Assembly: GCF_044324875.1 (NCBI RefSeq) | Contig: NZ_CP172185.1 | Strand: one strand, 5' to 3' | Length of the DNA: 64,000 bases | Origin: Escherichia coli | GTDB taxonomy: Bacteria; Pseudomonadota; Gammaproteobacteria; Enterobacterales; Enterobacteriaceae | In this document: one piece after another, positions 36,908 through 50,584 of the stretch | Position numbering within the stretch: the first letter of the stretch is position 1 | Layout of the letters: every line of letters begins with the position of its first letter | The notes under the pieces: generated by a model | What the model saw: only the letters and a program-made list of their open reading frames with translations | Databases searched by the model: none | What the model was told of the DNA's origin: nothing | Position numbers and translations under genes: made by a program

Positions 36908-37265
36908 AAGACAACCTCCTGAATTCATCAGAAACACAGTCAACTGAAAACCAGAAAGCAGACAAACAGTGGACACACATTAATACAAATCATTTATACC
37001 TATAGATGAAATTGCAGTTTCATCTATAACATGACAGGTAACAATATTGTGAAAAAACTCAAAACTCGTTAGATTAAAGACGGACAGAGCAATGCTACTT
37101 TATCAATAACATGTAACCTGTACTTCCTTATTTTGCCCGCCGAAGCACGGGCATTTTTTTTGCGCCTGCCATCGAGGCGCCTTCCCTGGCGCACACAAAG
37201 CAGCCCTGATTTTCCATGAAAACTTCAGGGTTGAGCCAAAAGCACAAAGACAGTAGATTAACCAC

Positions 37266-37359
37266 GGGTGCCTTCCACCTGACAACAGGAAGGGTGTCCA
37301 GTATCAATGACAGACAACTCACATTGCTGTTTTGCCCGCCGGAAAGCGGGCATTTTTTT
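37266..37359 (+). ncRNA. sRNA-like unit c: promoter TTGAGC-N17-TAGATT (37231-37259) to terminator T5
   Basis: Hairpin CCTTCC-N11-GGAAGG; body CAGTATCAATGACAGACAACTCACATTGC; terminator at 37334-37359. Confidence 0.35.
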
Positions 37360-37563
37360 ATTCTTTTGTGGTTATTGGGTCATCAGGAACAACATGCAGA
37401 TTATGCTTTGATTTTTTTGGTGTTATTACAGCAGCAACGAGTTTATTAATAAGACACTGACATGCCTGAACATCCCTGACATATCATAATTTCACTTTAT
37501 TTTTTTAGCTTGTCCTTTCTGGAGCAGAAATATCTCAACATCGTTTCTGTGGAACAACCTCAT
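37358..37563 (-). pseudogene. Decayed copy 3 of the 71-aa gene
   Basis: Homologous over its length to 35522-35737 but with an internal deletion and stops (MRLFHRNDVEIFLLQKGQAKKIK*). Confidence 0.6.
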
Positions 37564-37914
37564 TTGCCCCTGAATGTATCATAAATATCAGCATCGGAAA
37601 ACCAACAGCAATACAGAAGAAACATGTTAATGCAAATCACTTATACCTATAGATGAAATTACAGTTTTGTTCATAAATATGATAAGTAACTATATTGTGA
37701 ATAAAATGAAAACTAGCTAAATTAAACGTGGGCATGGTGGAATGCCTCGTAATCAATAATACATGATCCGTACTTCCTTGTTTTGCCCGCCGGAAAGCGG
37801 GCATTTTTTTGGCGGTTACCATCGCCTCACCTTCCTGGTTCACATGAAGCAACCCTGATTTTCCATGAAAACTTCAGGGTTGAGACAAAAGCACAAAGAC
37901 AGTAGATTAACCAC

Positions 37915-38007
37915 GGGTACCTTCCACCTGACAACAGGAAGGCTGTCCAGTATCAATGACAGACAACTCACATTGCTGTTTTGCCCGCCGGAAAGCGGGC
38001 TTTTTTT
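37915..38007 (+). ncRNA. sRNA-like unit d: promoter TTGAGA-N17-TAGATT (37880-37908) to terminator T7
   Basis: Near-identical to unit c. Confidence 0.35.
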
Positions 38008-38111
38008 GGCAGTTATCATAGCCGCACCTTCCTGGCACATATGAAGCAACCCTGATTTTCCATGAAAACTTCAGGGTTGAGACAAAAGCACAAAAACAGT
38101 AGATTAACCAC

Positions 38112-38209
38112 GGGTGCCTGCCACCTGACAACAGGAAGGGGTGTCCATTATCCATGATATACAAACGAAAAGTCTTGTCTTTTGCCCGCCAAAGCGCGGG
38201 CATTTTTTT
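38112..38209 (+). ncRNA. sRNA-like unit e: promoter TTGAGA-N17-TAGATT (38077-38105) to terminator T8
   Basis: Near-identical to unit b. Confidence 0.35.
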
Positions 38210-38420
38210 ATGCATCAGACAAGATACAGCCCACCCCAACTGACACCTGAAATATTGCCGCAACAAAAAGAAACGGGTGCCTTTCGGCTGATGGCCGGAG
38301 GGAAAACCTGAAGGCCGGATGTGGAAAGGCCCCGGAAAACATCTGTGTTTAACCGAGGCCTGACCCTTCCTACCGTGACAAGTGGAAGGTTAGCGCCTCT
38401 TTGTAAAAGGAGCAAGCGCT

Positions 38421-38561
38421 ATACCGCAAAAAACGATTATTGTTGGCATTTTATGCCTGACAATAACCCTGGTCATCTGGATGGTCCACGATTCGTTATG
38501 TGAATTCAGCTTTGATATCTGGGGAGCGCGTTTTGCGGCGTTCTTGCAGTGTAAACCGTAA
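38421..38561 (+). pseudogene. Second hok-family frame with ATG replaced by ATA and the promoter -10 deleted
   Basis: IPQKTIIVGILCLTITLVIWMVHDSLCEFSFDIWGARFAAFLQCKP. A 15-nt deletion relative to copy 1 removes TAAATT. Confidence 0.6.
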
Positions 38562-38711
38562 GAAACCGCAGCGGGGGAGAAATTCCCCGCTATCCGGTTG
38601 TTGGGGTGGGCCGATATGGCGCCCTTTCCCTGTAGAGACAAAACAAAAAACCAGATTTGCCCGCCATTGAGAGGGCTTTTTTGTCACCCTCACCAGTGAG
38701 GGCATCATCAT

Positions 38712-38939
38712 TCAGAGGCGCGTAAGCCACCCGGCGTTAACATCCTGCCTGTCAACCCTGGCCGCAGAGTCTGAACGGCAGGTACCGGAAGGAGTACCAA
38801 AAACATCCCTGACAAGTTCCGCCACCTTCCCGATATCATCAGGTGTCACATTCCTCACCTCGGCCGTGATCCGTGGCGTACCATCATCGTTAACAAGAGT
38901 GGCTTTAAAGCTGGTGCGAAGGGAAAACAACATCAACAT
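38712..38939 (-). CDS. Hypothetical 75-aa protein
   Basis: ORF with GGGAGGGG RBS; no motif recognised. Confidence 0.4.
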   Translation of the reverse strand: MLMLFSLRTSFKATLVNDDGTPRITAEVRNVTPDDIGKVAELVRDVFGTPSGTCRSDSAARVDRQDVNAGWLTRL

Positions 38940-39137
38940 CCCCTCCCTTTGGTTCGTTGCACTGACGGCACGACACCATCAGGAAAAAGAAAAGCCCACA
39001 ACGTCAGTATTGTGGACTTTTTTCTTCAAAGATGGACATTATCTGGACACATGAAAATAAAATCCATTTATTTTCATATAGTTAAGTACCATGCAAAAGC
39101 GCCCGCAGGCGCTTTTTAGATTCAGAAAAATTGGGTA

Positions 39138-40451
<1,314 letters not shown>

Positions 40452-40520
40452 TTAAATGGGAGATGTGGCCACAGCCTGCGACCACAGGGATACAGTAACA
40501 ACATTACCGCAACGATAACA

Positions 40521-41864
40521 TTAACGGTAGCGTTTTATGGGGCTATTTTGATCCTGTTCAGCCAGCCAGGCGAGCTTTTCGCCAATCTTGCCTTCAAGGC
40601 CCCTGTTTGTCGGGAAATAATAGCGTGTTTGTGCTATTTCCGGCGGGAAGTAAACCTCACCGGCAGCATAAGCGTTTGCTTCATCATGAGCGTAACGATA
40701 TTCCTGCCCGTAGCCCATTTCCTTCATTAATTTCGTCGGCGCATTACGCAAATGAACCGGCACGTCATAATCCGGACGTTCGCGAGCATCGGCCAGCGCG
40801 GCTTTAAACGCGGTGTAGACAGCGTTGCTTTTTGGCGCGCAGGCGAGGTAAACAATCGCCTGAGCAATGGCGCGTTCTCCTTCCGCCGGGCCAACTCGGG
40901 TAAAGCAATCCCAGGCCGCAATTGCCACCTGCATCGCTCGTGGATCAGCATTACCCACATCTTCCGACGCTATCGCCAGACAGCGACGCGCGACATATAA
41001 CGGATCGCCACCGGCAGTAATAATTCGCGCATACCAGTACAGCGCCGCATCGGGTGCGCTACCACGTACCGACTTATGCAGTGCGGAAATGAGATCGTAA
41101 AAGCGATCGCCTTTGTTATCAAAGCGGGCGCTACGTTCACCGGCGATTTCGGTCAGTAATTCAGGCTTCAGGACCCGCTTACCGCTATCATCGACTTCGG
41201 CCATATCCGCCATCATTTCCAGCGTATTTAACGCCCGGCGCGCGTCGCCATTCACCACTTCAGCAATGGCGCGTCGCGTTTCATCTGGCAGAACTATATC
41301 CTGACCACCATAGCCACGGGTTTTGTCTTCCATCGCCTGAGTAAGCACCTGCTCAATATCCTCTGTACTCAGGGATTTCAGCAGATAGACACGGGCACGG
41401 GAAAGCAGTGCCGAGTTAAGTTCAAACGACGGGTTTTCAGTGGTTGCGCCAATAAAAGTGATGGTGCCGTCTTCAATATGTGGCAGAAATGCATCCTGCT
41501 GGCTTTTGTTGAATCGGTGAACTTCGTCAACAAAAAGAATAGTGCGGCGACCAGCATTGCGGTTTTGCCGAGCGCGCTCGATCGCCTCGCGAATCTCTTT
41601 CACGCCAGAAGTAACGGCAGAAATACGTTCCACATCAGCGTTCGCATAGCGGGCAATCACTTCAGCGAGGGTTGTTTTGCCGGTACCCGGCGGCCCCCAG
41701 AGGATCATAGAATGCAAATGCCCGGCTTCGATAGCGCGCGGCAACGGCTTCCCCGCAGCCAGCAAATGTTGCTGGCCGATATACTGTGCTAAATTTTCTG
41801 GCCGCATACGCGCGGCCAGAGGTTGAAAAGTATTATCCGAAAAATCGAGCGACAGATTGCTCAC
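40521..41864 (-). CDS. rarA: Replication-associated recombination protein A (AAA+ ATPase)
   Basis: 447 aa, Walker [11 protein letters not shown]. coli RarA/YcaJ. Confidence 0.95.
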   Translation of the reverse strand: MSNLSLDFSDNTFQPLAARMRPENLAQYIGQQHLLAAGKPLPRAIEAGHLHSMILWGPPGTGKTTLAEVIARYANADVERISAVTSGVKEIREAIERARQNRNAGRRTILFVDEVHRFNKSQQDAFLPHIEDGTITFIGATTENPSFELNSALLSRARVYLLKSLSTEDIEQVLTQAMEDKTRGYGGQDIVLPDETRRAIAEVVNGDARRALNTLEMMADMAEVDDSGKRVLKPELLTEIAGERSARFDNKGDRFYDLISALHKSVRGSAPDAALYWYARIITAGGDPLYVARRCLAIASEDVGNADPRAMQVAIAAWDCFTRVGPAEGERAIAQAIVYLACAPKSNAVYTAFKAALADARERPDYDVPVHLRNAPTKLMKEMGYGQEYRYAHDEANAYAAGEVYFPPEIAQTRYYFPTNRGLEGKIGEKLAWLAEQDQNSPIKRYR

Positions 41865-41874
41865 TCAGGTGCCT

Positions 41875-42489
41875 CTACTTACGTTGATCATCTACCGTGA
41901 CGCCTTGCGGCGGGGTGAAGGTAAATTTCGCTGCTTCCACAGCCCCATTTTGCTGGGATTTCAGTTGATAACTGCTGCGCTGATCGTCCTGCTCCACCGC
42001 GCTAAACTGATGGATCGTGCCATCACGTCCCACGTTAATGGTGAACTGCTTCAGATTGCCATTGCTGGCTTTCGGCGTCAGGACAAAGTCATCGCCATTC
42101 TGTTTGATATTGTACTGCTGCCAGTCGCTGGACTGGTTGCGGGCAATCAGCATAAACGGCGTATTACCGGTGGCATCTTTCAGCCAGGTTGCCGTAGCTT
42201 GCTCAACGAACGGGTTATAGAACCACAGTGTTTTACCGTCAGAAACCAGAATGCTTTCATCAGGTTGAGTCATATGCCAGTTGAATAAGTTTGGACGTTT
42301 CACCCACAGATCGCCCTGACCTTCCTGCACCGCCGCGCCGCTACCGTCAGTCACTTTTTGTGTGAAGCTGGCGTGGAAGCTGCTGACTTTATCCAGGCGG
42401 CTTTTCAGATCGCTTGCGGCATCAGCCCAAACGCTGCTTGCTACTAAGCTTGAGAGTAATGCACAGGTGATGGCAATTTTTTTCATCAT
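41875..42489 (-). CDS. lolA: Outer-membrane lipoprotein carrier LolA
   Basis: [22 protein letters not shown] signal peptide; E. coli LolA (start may be the second Met). Confidence 0.95.
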   Translation of the reverse strand: MMKKIAITCALLSSLVASSVWADAASDLKSRLDKVSSFHASFTQKVTDGSGAAVQEGQGDLWVKRPNLFNWHMTQPDESILVSDGKTLWFYNPFVEQATATWLKDATGNTPFMLIARNQSSDWQQYNIKQNGDDFVLTPKASNGNLKQFTINVGRDGTIHQFSAVEQDDQRSSYQLKSQQNGAVEAAKFTFTPPQGVTVDDQRK

Positions 42490-42598
42490 TATTCCTCAAA
42501 TTACGTCACTCCCGACCGGGAGTTCCCTCTACTCTCTATTCCAGGCTAATAATCAGCTTGAGGAAAGAAGAAAATACTGAATTTTCAGTTGATAGAGT

Positions 42599-42634
42599 GC
42601 CGGATGCAACGCTACCGCGCCTTATCCGGCCTAC
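42599..42634. repeat. REP element
   Basis: GCCGGATGCAACGCTACCGCGCCTTATCCGGCCTAC, typical REP consensus. Confidence 0.8.
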
Positions 42635-42644
42635 GATGCATTAA

Positions 42645-45600
42645 TTAGTCAAACGGCGGTGGGGCCAGCACTTCACGATTACCGTTGTGCCCCTGTTCGC
42701 TGACAATCCCCTGCGCTTCCATCTGTTCGATAATACGCGCTGCACGGTTATAACCAATGCGGAACTGACGCTGTACGCCAGAAATTGATGCTTTGCGTTT
42801 TTCAGTGACAAACTGCACCGCCTGATCGAACAACGGATCCAGTTCTTCAGCGCCATCGAAACCGCCCGCGCCACCTTCGCTTTCACTGTCGGAGGTGATG
42901 CCATCAACATACTGTGGGCGACCACGCGCTTTCCAGTCCTGCACCACGGCATGAACTTCCTGATCGCGAACAAAAGCACCATGAACACGTACCGGCAACG
43001 TGGAGTTCGGCCCAGAGTAAAGCATATCCCCCATACCCAGCAGTGATTCCGCGCCAGCCTGATCAAGAATGGTACGTGAGTCAATCTTACTGGATACGGT
43101 AAAGGCGATACGGGTCGGAATATTCGCTTTAATCAGACCAGTAATAACATCAACCGATGGACGCTGCGTTGCCAGTACGAGGTGGATACCCGCGGCACGG
43201 GCTTTTTGCGCAAGACGTGCTATAAGCTCTTCCACTTTTTTACCTACCGTCATCATCAGGTCGGCAAATTCGTCCACCAACACCACAATGTACGGTTCTT
43301 TTTTCAGCACCGGATGCTGGGCATCCATACTGTCACCCGGCTTCCAGTACGGGTCTGGAATCGGACGCATCATGCGATCGGCTTCAGCAATTTTTTCGTT
43401 ATAACCCGCCAGATTACGCACACCTAGGGCGGACATCAGCTTATAACGACGTTCCATTTCATTTACGCACCAGCGCAAAGCGTTGGCAGCATCTTTCATG
43501 TCGGTAACGACTTCCGTTAACAGATGCGGAATGCCTTCATAAACCGAAAGCTCCAGCATTTTCGGGTCGATCATGATGAAACGCACATCTTCTGGCTGTG
43601 CTTTATAAAGCATGCTCAGGATCATCGCGTTCACCCCGACAGACTTACCGGAACCGGTAGTCCCCGCAACCAACAAGTGCGGCATTTTCGCCAGATCGGC
43701 AACCACCGGCTCACCGGCGATATCTTTACCCAGCACCACGGTTAATGGCGACGGATTATCGCGGAATTTGGCGTTATCCAATACTTCGCGCAGATAAACG
43801 GTTTGTCGTTTTTTATTCGGTAACTCCAGACCTACATAGGGTTTGCCAGGAATAACTTCAACGACACGCACCGCCACCGTCGAAAGTGAACGGGCAAGGT
43901 CCCGTGACAAGTTAGAAATGCGCGCCGCTTTTACGCCCGGTGCCAGGTTAAGTTCAAAGCGAGTGATAACCGGCCCCGGAGAGTAATTGACGACATCGGC
44001 TTTAATACGGAAATCAGCCAGACGCGCTTCCACCAGACGCGCCATTTGTTCAAGCGCAAAGGTATCTACCGGCTCCACTTCGCTCGGCGGAGGTGTCAAC
44101 AAATCCAAAGAAGGCAGCGGCGTCGTCGGTTTATGCAACGGACGGCTGTCGCCATTACGCATCAACAGCGGATGAAGCAGGGTATCCTGCGGCTGTGGCG
44201 CAACTGGCTGTTGTGGCTGCTGATACTGCTGCTGCGGTGCAACCGGTTGTTGCGGCTGCTGTACAGGTTCAACAATTGGCGTAAACAACGGTTCGTGTGG
44301 ACCATCATCCAGCAACGCTTTCATTGGCGAAAATTCAAAATCATCCAGCGAGAACGGATTCGCCCCAGCCGGTTGTTCGCCGGAATAACGTTGTTGTTGA
44401 GTTTGCGCAAACTGACGAGCCAGTTCAGCCTCTGCCGCAGCATCTGCATCTTCTGCGTTTACGGGCACATCATGTTGATACTGTTCGCCATAGCGTTGCT
44501 GCTGTGTCTGGGCGAACTGACGTGCCAGTTCATCCTGCTGCATCGCATCGATTTCATCATCGTTGTACTGATCGCCAGAATCGTACTGATTGCGCTGGGC
44601 TTCACGGGCTTTTTCTTCTGCCGCACGCTGTGAGGGCAGCTTAATACCGTAAGACGCCAATTCACGACGAGTTGGCACGCGGATACGTTTCGGTCGTGGC
44701 AACTGCGGGCCAATCCCCTCTTTGACCTGCGGACGCGGTCCACCGCTATTTGCCAGACTGAAGACTGGCGCGGCAACGGTTGCGGCAGCCCCCGTCGCCA
44801 GTGTCGCTTTTTTCACGCCAGATGCCAGCGGAGAAACAGCGGCAGCGGCTTCTACTGGAGGTACTGCTGCAACAGAAGGTGCTTTCAGCGAAGATTTGAT
44901 CGGTTCTGGTTCTTTAACCGGTTCAGGAATCGGTTGATACCAGGCCGCAAGTTGTTCACGTTCACGGGCACGCTTCTCTTCCACTTCTTCAAAATAGTAA
45001 AGCGGCGGACGCGCGGGTTTTGTCTCTTCTACAACGGGCTCAGGCTCCACAACAGGGTGCTGTTCAACGGGTTGCGGCTGTTGGTACAACGGCTCCTGAG
45101 CGGCTGGCTGCTGATAAGTTTGCTCAGTCTGGTATGTAGACTGTGGAGCAAAAGTGGATTGCTGCTCTTCGGCTTGCCAGGCGTTACCTGCCGCCGTTTG
45201 TTCTGGCGCAGGGGCGTAATACGGCTGTTGCGCAGACTGTTCCGCCGCAGTTGCATAATACGGCTGCTGAACAGGTTGTTCCGCCGCAGGAGCGTAGTAA
45301 GGTTGTTGCACAGGTTGTTCCGCTGCTGGCGCATAATACGGCTGCTGTGGCTGTACAGGTTGTTGCAGCGGCTCATTATATTGCACTGCAGGCTGCGCAT
45401 ATTGTGGCTGCTGTGGGTAACCTTCCTGTGCAGGAGCAATAACCGGCTCTCCCGTTTGTGGCCCCGGTACAGGCTGCCAGGCTACTGTAGGTTGTGCAGG
45501 TGGAACATCAACAGAGGCAACAGGCGGCGTCTGAGTCACAGGTTCAACCGGCGCAGCCCAGCTTTGTGTCGCCGTGGTAGCAGCAGCTGCTACAGCAACA

Positions 45601-46556
45601 GGTTCGGTAATTGGCGCACCGTTTAATAATGGATCGTATTCGTCATATTCTGGCTGCGTTGCACGATTGCCCGAAAAGAGGACGTCGTCCGGGTCGGCAG
45701 CCACACCGCGTGCAGTGTAGGTAATCTCTTCTTCATCATCCATCCGCTTACCGGAGAACAACGCAGCATCTGTTTGCCGCCCCATCGGATTAATGAATTT
45801 TTCCGCCAACCGTTTACGACGCGCTAACGCGCCGCGAAGAATACGGGCACGGCGTGATTCATGCTGTTTGCCGTGATTTTCATCTTCATACTCTTCGTCA
45901 TCTTCATACTCATCTTCATCGACCCAGGTATCATCGCGACGTGTACGATTACTGGCGAAGGTGAGAATGTTTAAAATCCAGCCGCCGAGTTTTTCAGCAA
46001 TGGTCACCCATGACCAACCGGTGAACAGCGTCAGACCCGCAGCCCAAACGCAGAGCAGCGCAATAGTTCCCCCGCTACTGTGTAGCAGTGGTTGTAGCGT
46101 AGTGCTTAGTAAGCTGCCAATGACGCCACCGGAGGCAAAATACCAGATATCGTCAGCGTTGATTGCCGCCAGACCACAGGAGGTAAGGATGAGCGCCAAA
46201 ACGCCAATGATGCGTAGCGAAACGGCAAAATAATCAATGTATTCGTCGCTGGACTGATGACGCCAGGCAAACCAACAACCGCCGACAATAATGACGGGAA
46301 TGGTGTAAGCCATCACGCCAAAAATAAAGAACAGCGTATCTGCCAGCCACGCACCGGGCATCCCACCTAAATTATGGATAGGTTCATGCCAGGCCGTTTG
46401 CGACCAGCTGGGGTCCGAAGGGTTAAAGCTTAGTAAGGCAGCCATCAACCAGACGGCAAACAGGACAATAAGGATCAGCAACGCCTCCAGAAGGCGGCGG
46501 CCGCTACTTAACTTTGTCAATGTGACTTCTTTGTCTTCAGTGTATTCCTGGCTCAA
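42645..46556 (-). CDS. ftsK: DNA translocase FtsK
   Basis: 1303 aa with N-terminal TM domain, Pro/Gln-rich linker and C-terminal motor with Walker [10 protein letters not shown]. Confidence 0.97.
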   Translation of the reverse strand: MSQEYTEDKEVTLTKLSSGRRLLEALLILIVLFAVWLMAALLSFNPSDPSWSQTAWHEPIHNLGGMPGAWLADTLFFIFGVMAYTIPVIIVGGCWFAWRHQSSDEYIDYFAVSLRIIGVLALILTSCGLAAINADDIWYFASGGVIGSLLSTTLQPLLHSSGGTIALLCVWAAGLTLFTGWSWVTIAEKLGGWILNILTFASNRTRRDDTWVDEDEYEDDEEYEDENHGKQHESRRARILRGALARRKRLAEKFINPMGRQTDAALFSGKRMDDEEEITYTARGVAADPDDVLFSGNRATQPEYDEYDPLLNGAPITEPVAVAAAATTATQSWAAPVEPVTQTPPVASVDVPPAQPTVAWQPVPGPQTGEPVIAPAQEGYPQQPQYAQPAVQYNEPLQQPVQPQQPYYAPAAEQPVQQPYYAPAAEQPVQQPYYATAAEQSAQQPYYAPAPEQTAAGNAWQAEEQQSTFAPQSTYQTEQTYQQPAAQEPLYQQPQPVEQHPVVEPEPVVEETKPARPPLYYFEEVEEKRAREREQLAAWYQPIPEPVKEPEPIKSSLKAPSVAAVPPVEAAAAVSPLASGVKKATLATGAAATVAAPVFSLANSGGPRPQVKEGIGPQLPRPKRIRVPTRRELASYGIKLPSQRAAEEKAREAQRNQYDSGDQYNDDEIDAMQQDELARQFAQTQQQRYGEQYQHDVPVNAEDADAAAEAELARQFAQTQQQRYSGEQPAGANPFSLDDFEFSPMKALLDDGPHEPLFTPIVEPVQQPQQPVAPQQQYQQPQQPVAPQPQDTLLHPLLMRNGDSRPLHKPTTPLPSLDLLTPPPSEVEPVDTFALEQMARLVEARLADFRIKADVVNYSPGPVITRFELNLAPGVKAARISNLSRDLARSLSTVAVRVVEVIPGKPYVGLELPNKKRQTVYLREVLDNAKFRDNPSPLTVVLGKDIAGEPVVADLAKMPHLLVAGTTGSGKSVGVNAMILSMLYKAQPEDVRFIMIDPKMLELSVYEGIPHLLTEVVTDMKDAANALRWCVNEMERRYKLMSALGVRNLAGYNEKIAEADRMMRPIPDPYWKPGDSMDAQHPVLKKEPYIVVLVDEFADLMMTVGKKVEELIARLAQKARAAGIHLVLATQRPSVDVITGLIKANIPTRIAFTVSSKIDSRTILDQAGAESLLGMGDMLYSGPNSTLPVRVHGAFVRDQEVHAVVQDWKARGRPQYVDGITSDSESEGGAGGFDGAEELDPLFDQAVQFVTEKRKASISGVQRQFRIGYNRAARIIEQMEAQGIVSEQGHNGNREVLAPPPFD
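45210..45345 (-). repeat. About 39-nt tandem repeats in the ftsK linker ([13 protein letters not shown] units)
   Basis: Four consecutive similar units visible in both DNA and protein. Confidence 0.6.
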
Positions 46557-46690
46557 GAAAGGCTCTCCAGGTTACAGGCTTTTCCTGCCCGATGCTAAAA
46601 CGGACAACAGTACCAGGTTACCCCAGTACTGTTGCTGTATGGATTAACAGGAGTGTAATCAAAATACGCCGATTTTGCACCTGTTCCGTG

Positions 46691-47185
46691 TTAGCGCGTC
46701 TTAATAACCAGACGATTACTCTGCTTGACTTCTTCCATAACAACGTATGTCCGTGTGTCATTGACGCCAGGCAGACGCAGCAGGGTTTCCCCCAGCAACT
46801 TACGGTAAGCTGACATATCCGGCACGCGTGTTTTCAACAGGTAGTCGAAATCACCGGATACTAAATGACACTCCTGAATTTCTTCAAGTTTTTGTACAGC
46901 GGTATTGAATTGTTCAAACACATCCGGTGCGCCACGATTCAGAGTAATCTCAACGAATACCAGAAGTGATGCATCCAGATAATGGGGGTTCAGCAGCGCC
47001 GTATAGCCCTGAATAAACCCTTGTCTTTCCAGCCGACGCACACGCTCAAGGCACGGCGTTGGGGAAAGTCCCACACGTTTAGAAAGCTCGACGTTAGAAA
47101 TACGCCCATCCTTTTGCAACTCATTAAGAATGTTACGATCGATACGGTCGAGATCTTTGCCAGGGCGCTTCTTGCTATCTACCAT
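46691..47185 (-). CDS. lrp: Leucine-responsive regulatory protein
   Basis: 164 aa from MVDSKKRPGKDLDRIDRNILNELQ. Confidence 0.97.
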   Translation of the reverse strand: MVDSKKRPGKDLDRIDRNILNELQKDGRISNVELSKRVGLSPTPCLERVRRLERQGFIQGYTALLNPHYLDASLLVFVEITLNRGAPDVFEQFNTAVQKLEEIQECHLVSGDFDYLLKTRVPDMSAYRKLLGETLLRLPGVNDTRTYVVMEEVKQSNRLVIKTR

Positions 47186-47612
47186 TATTATTGTCTCTCT
47201 GTATTCCTTCCCTACTCCTGTCTGACCCTGAAACATCACTGTTCAGAGTCGCTACCCGTCACGATAGACCGAAATCATGAAGATTCACGGCGCGCAATGC
47301 CTGGGTCTACGGTGAGAAGACCGTTGCCTTGTGGCAGCTATCGACATCACGAATGGCGTCTGTCCACGCCATACGTAGATTTCACTAGCACGGTAAACAT
47401 GGTATTTACATGCATGGTTATGCGCATATAAGAATACTGTTTTTTTTCTTCCTCGAATGTTTTCGCAAAACACCAGGGGATTGTCAAAGCAAAACATCGA
47501 TTTTTAGTACAACATGCCAGATATTCATTAACAGGGGCGTTTATTCATCATTTAATCGGCTTATAAAGCGGGAAATTTAAGTAGCAGAGGTGATAATGAC
47601 GGGAGAATTTGA

Positions 47613-48695
<1,083 letters not shown>

Positions 48696-48817
48696 TTTTA
48701 CAAATCAGTAACAAAAGTAAAGAAGGCGACACCATGCGACTATGGGTCGCCTTTATTTTTTCCTCGTTGTAACATTGCTCTGCAAATAATTCTGATAACT
48801 CACCTGCTAAGCGTGCA

Positions 48818-50584
48818 ATGAATAAATCCCGTCAAAAAGAGTTAACCCGCTGGTTAAAACAGCAAAGCGTCATCTCCCAACGTTGGCTGAATATTTCTCG
48901 TCTGCTGGGCTTTGTGAGCGGCATATTGATCATTGCCCAGGCCTGGTTCATGGCGCGAATTCTGCAACATATGATTATGGAGAATATTCCCCGTGAAGCC
49001 CTGCTGCTTCCCTTTACGTTACTGGTTCTGACCTTTGTACTGCGCGCATGGGTGGTCTGGTTACGCGAACGGGTGGGTTATCACGCCGGGCAGCATATCC
49101 GCTTTGCCATCCGCCGTCAGGTTCTCGACCGTCTGCAACAAGCAGGGCCAGCGTGGATTCAGGGTAAACCGGCGGGGAGCTGGGCGACGCTGGTACTCGA
49201 GCAAATTGACGATATGCATGATTACTATGCACGCTACCTGCCGCAAATGGCGCTGGCAGTGTCGGTGCCGTTGCTGATTGTGGTGGCTATCTTCCCCTCT
49301 AACTGGGCTGCGGCGCTCATTCTGCTGGGCACTGCTCCGTTAATTCCGTTATTTATGGCGCTGGTTGGAATGGGGGCTGCCGATGCTAACCGACGTAACT
49401 TTCTCGCTCTTGCTCGCTTAAGTGGGCATTTTCTCGATCGCCTGCGCGGCATGGAAACATTGCGTATTTTTGGTCGTGGTGAAGCTGAAATTGAAAGTAT
49501 TCGTTCTGCTTCGGAAGATTTCCGCCAACGGACAATGGAAGTGCTACGGCTGGCGTTTTTATCCTCCGGCATTCTCGAATTTTTTACCTCGCTGTCAATT
49601 GCTCTGGTGGCGGTCTACTTTGGTTTTTCCTATCTCGGCGAGCTGGATTTTGGTCACTACGATACTGGCGTGACGCTGGCTGCGGGTTTTCTGGCCCTGA
49701 TCCTTGCGCCGGAGTTTTTCCAGCCATTACGCGATCTCGGTACGTTTTATCATGCTAAAGCCCAGGCTGTTGGCGCAGCTGACAGTCTGAAAACGTTTAT
49801 GGAAACCCCGCTCGCCCATCCGCAACGTGGTGAGGCGGAATTAGCATCACCCGATCCGGTGACCATTGAAGCCGAGGATCTGTTTATTACATCACCAGAA
49901 GGTAAAACGCTGGCTGGACCGCTGAACTTTACTTTGCCAGCAGGCCAACGTGCCGTGTTGGTTGGTCGCAGCGGTTCAGGTAAAAGCTCACTGCTGAACG
50001 CGCTTTCTGGTTTTCTCTCATATCAGGGATCGCTACGAATCAACGGGATAGAATTACGCGATTTATCACCGGAATCATGGCGTAAACATCTCTCCTGGGT
50101 TGGGCAAAACCCACAATTACCGGCAGCAACACTACGGGATAACGTACTACTGGCACGACCTGATGCCAGCGAACACGAGTTACAAACAGCGCTGGATAAC
50201 GCCTGGGTCAGTGAGTTTCTACCGCTCCTGCCACAAGGCGTTGATACGCCTGTTGGCGACCAGGCTGCCCGCCTTTCCGTGGGGCAGGCACAGCGCGTGG
50301 CGGTGGCCCGAGCATTACTAAATCCCTGTTCGCTATTACTGTTGGATGAACCCGCTGCCAGCCTTGATGCTCACAGTGAACAGCGCGTAATGGAGGCGCT
50401 TAATGCCGCCTCTCTGCGCCAGACAACGTTAATGGTCACCCACCAGTTAGAAGATCTTGCTGACTGGGATGTCATTTGGGTAATGCAGGATGGTCAGATT
50501 ATTGAGCAAGGACGTTACGCGGAATTAAGCGTGGCTGGTGGTCCTTTCTCCACATTGCTGGCCCATCGTCAGGAGGAGATTTAA
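48818..50584 (+). CDS. cydD: Cysteine/glutathione ABC exporter subunit CydD
   Basis: 588 aa, TM domain plus ABC ATPase (GRSGSGKSS). Confidence 0.95.
   Translation: MNKSRQKELTRWLKQQSVISQRWLNISRLLGFVSGILIIAQAWFMARILQHMIMENIPREALLLPFTLLVLTFVLRAWVVWLRERVGYHAGQHIRFAIRRQVLDRLQQAGPAWIQGKPAGSWATLVLEQIDDMHDYYARYLPQMALAVSVPLLIVVAIFPSNWAAALILLGTAPLIPLFMALVGMGAADANRRNFLALARLSGHFLDRLRGMETLRIFGRGEAEIESIRSASEDFRQRTMEVLRLAFLSSGILEFFTSLSIALVAVYFGFSYLGELDFGHYDTGVTLAAGFLALILAPEFFQPLRDLGTFYHAKAQAVGAADSLKTFMETPLAHPQRGEAELASPDPVTIEAEDLFITSPEGKTLAGPLNFTLPAGQRAVLVGRSGSGKSSLLNALSGFLSYQGSLRINGIELRDLSPESWRKHLSWVGQNPQLPAATLRDNVLLARPDASEHELQTALDNAWVSEFLPLLPQGVDTPVGDQAARLSVGQAQRVAVARALLNPCSLLLLDEPAASLDAHSEQRVMEALNAASLRQTTLMVTHQLEDLADWDVIWVMQDGQIIEQGRYAELSVAGGPFSTLLAHRQEEI

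Noticed and set aside
35498-38209. Possibility that the eight identical hairpins are a CRISPR-like array
   Set aside because: Spacing is irregular (about 200 to 970 bp). Each is followed by a T-run typical of intrinsic terminators, and the intervening sequences are themselves repeated. There are no adjacent cas genes.
44046-45626. 195-aa and 230-aa plus-strand ORFs opposite the ftsK linker
   Set aside because: Repetitive Leu/Arg-rich translation of the antisense of the Pro/Gln-rich linker repeats.
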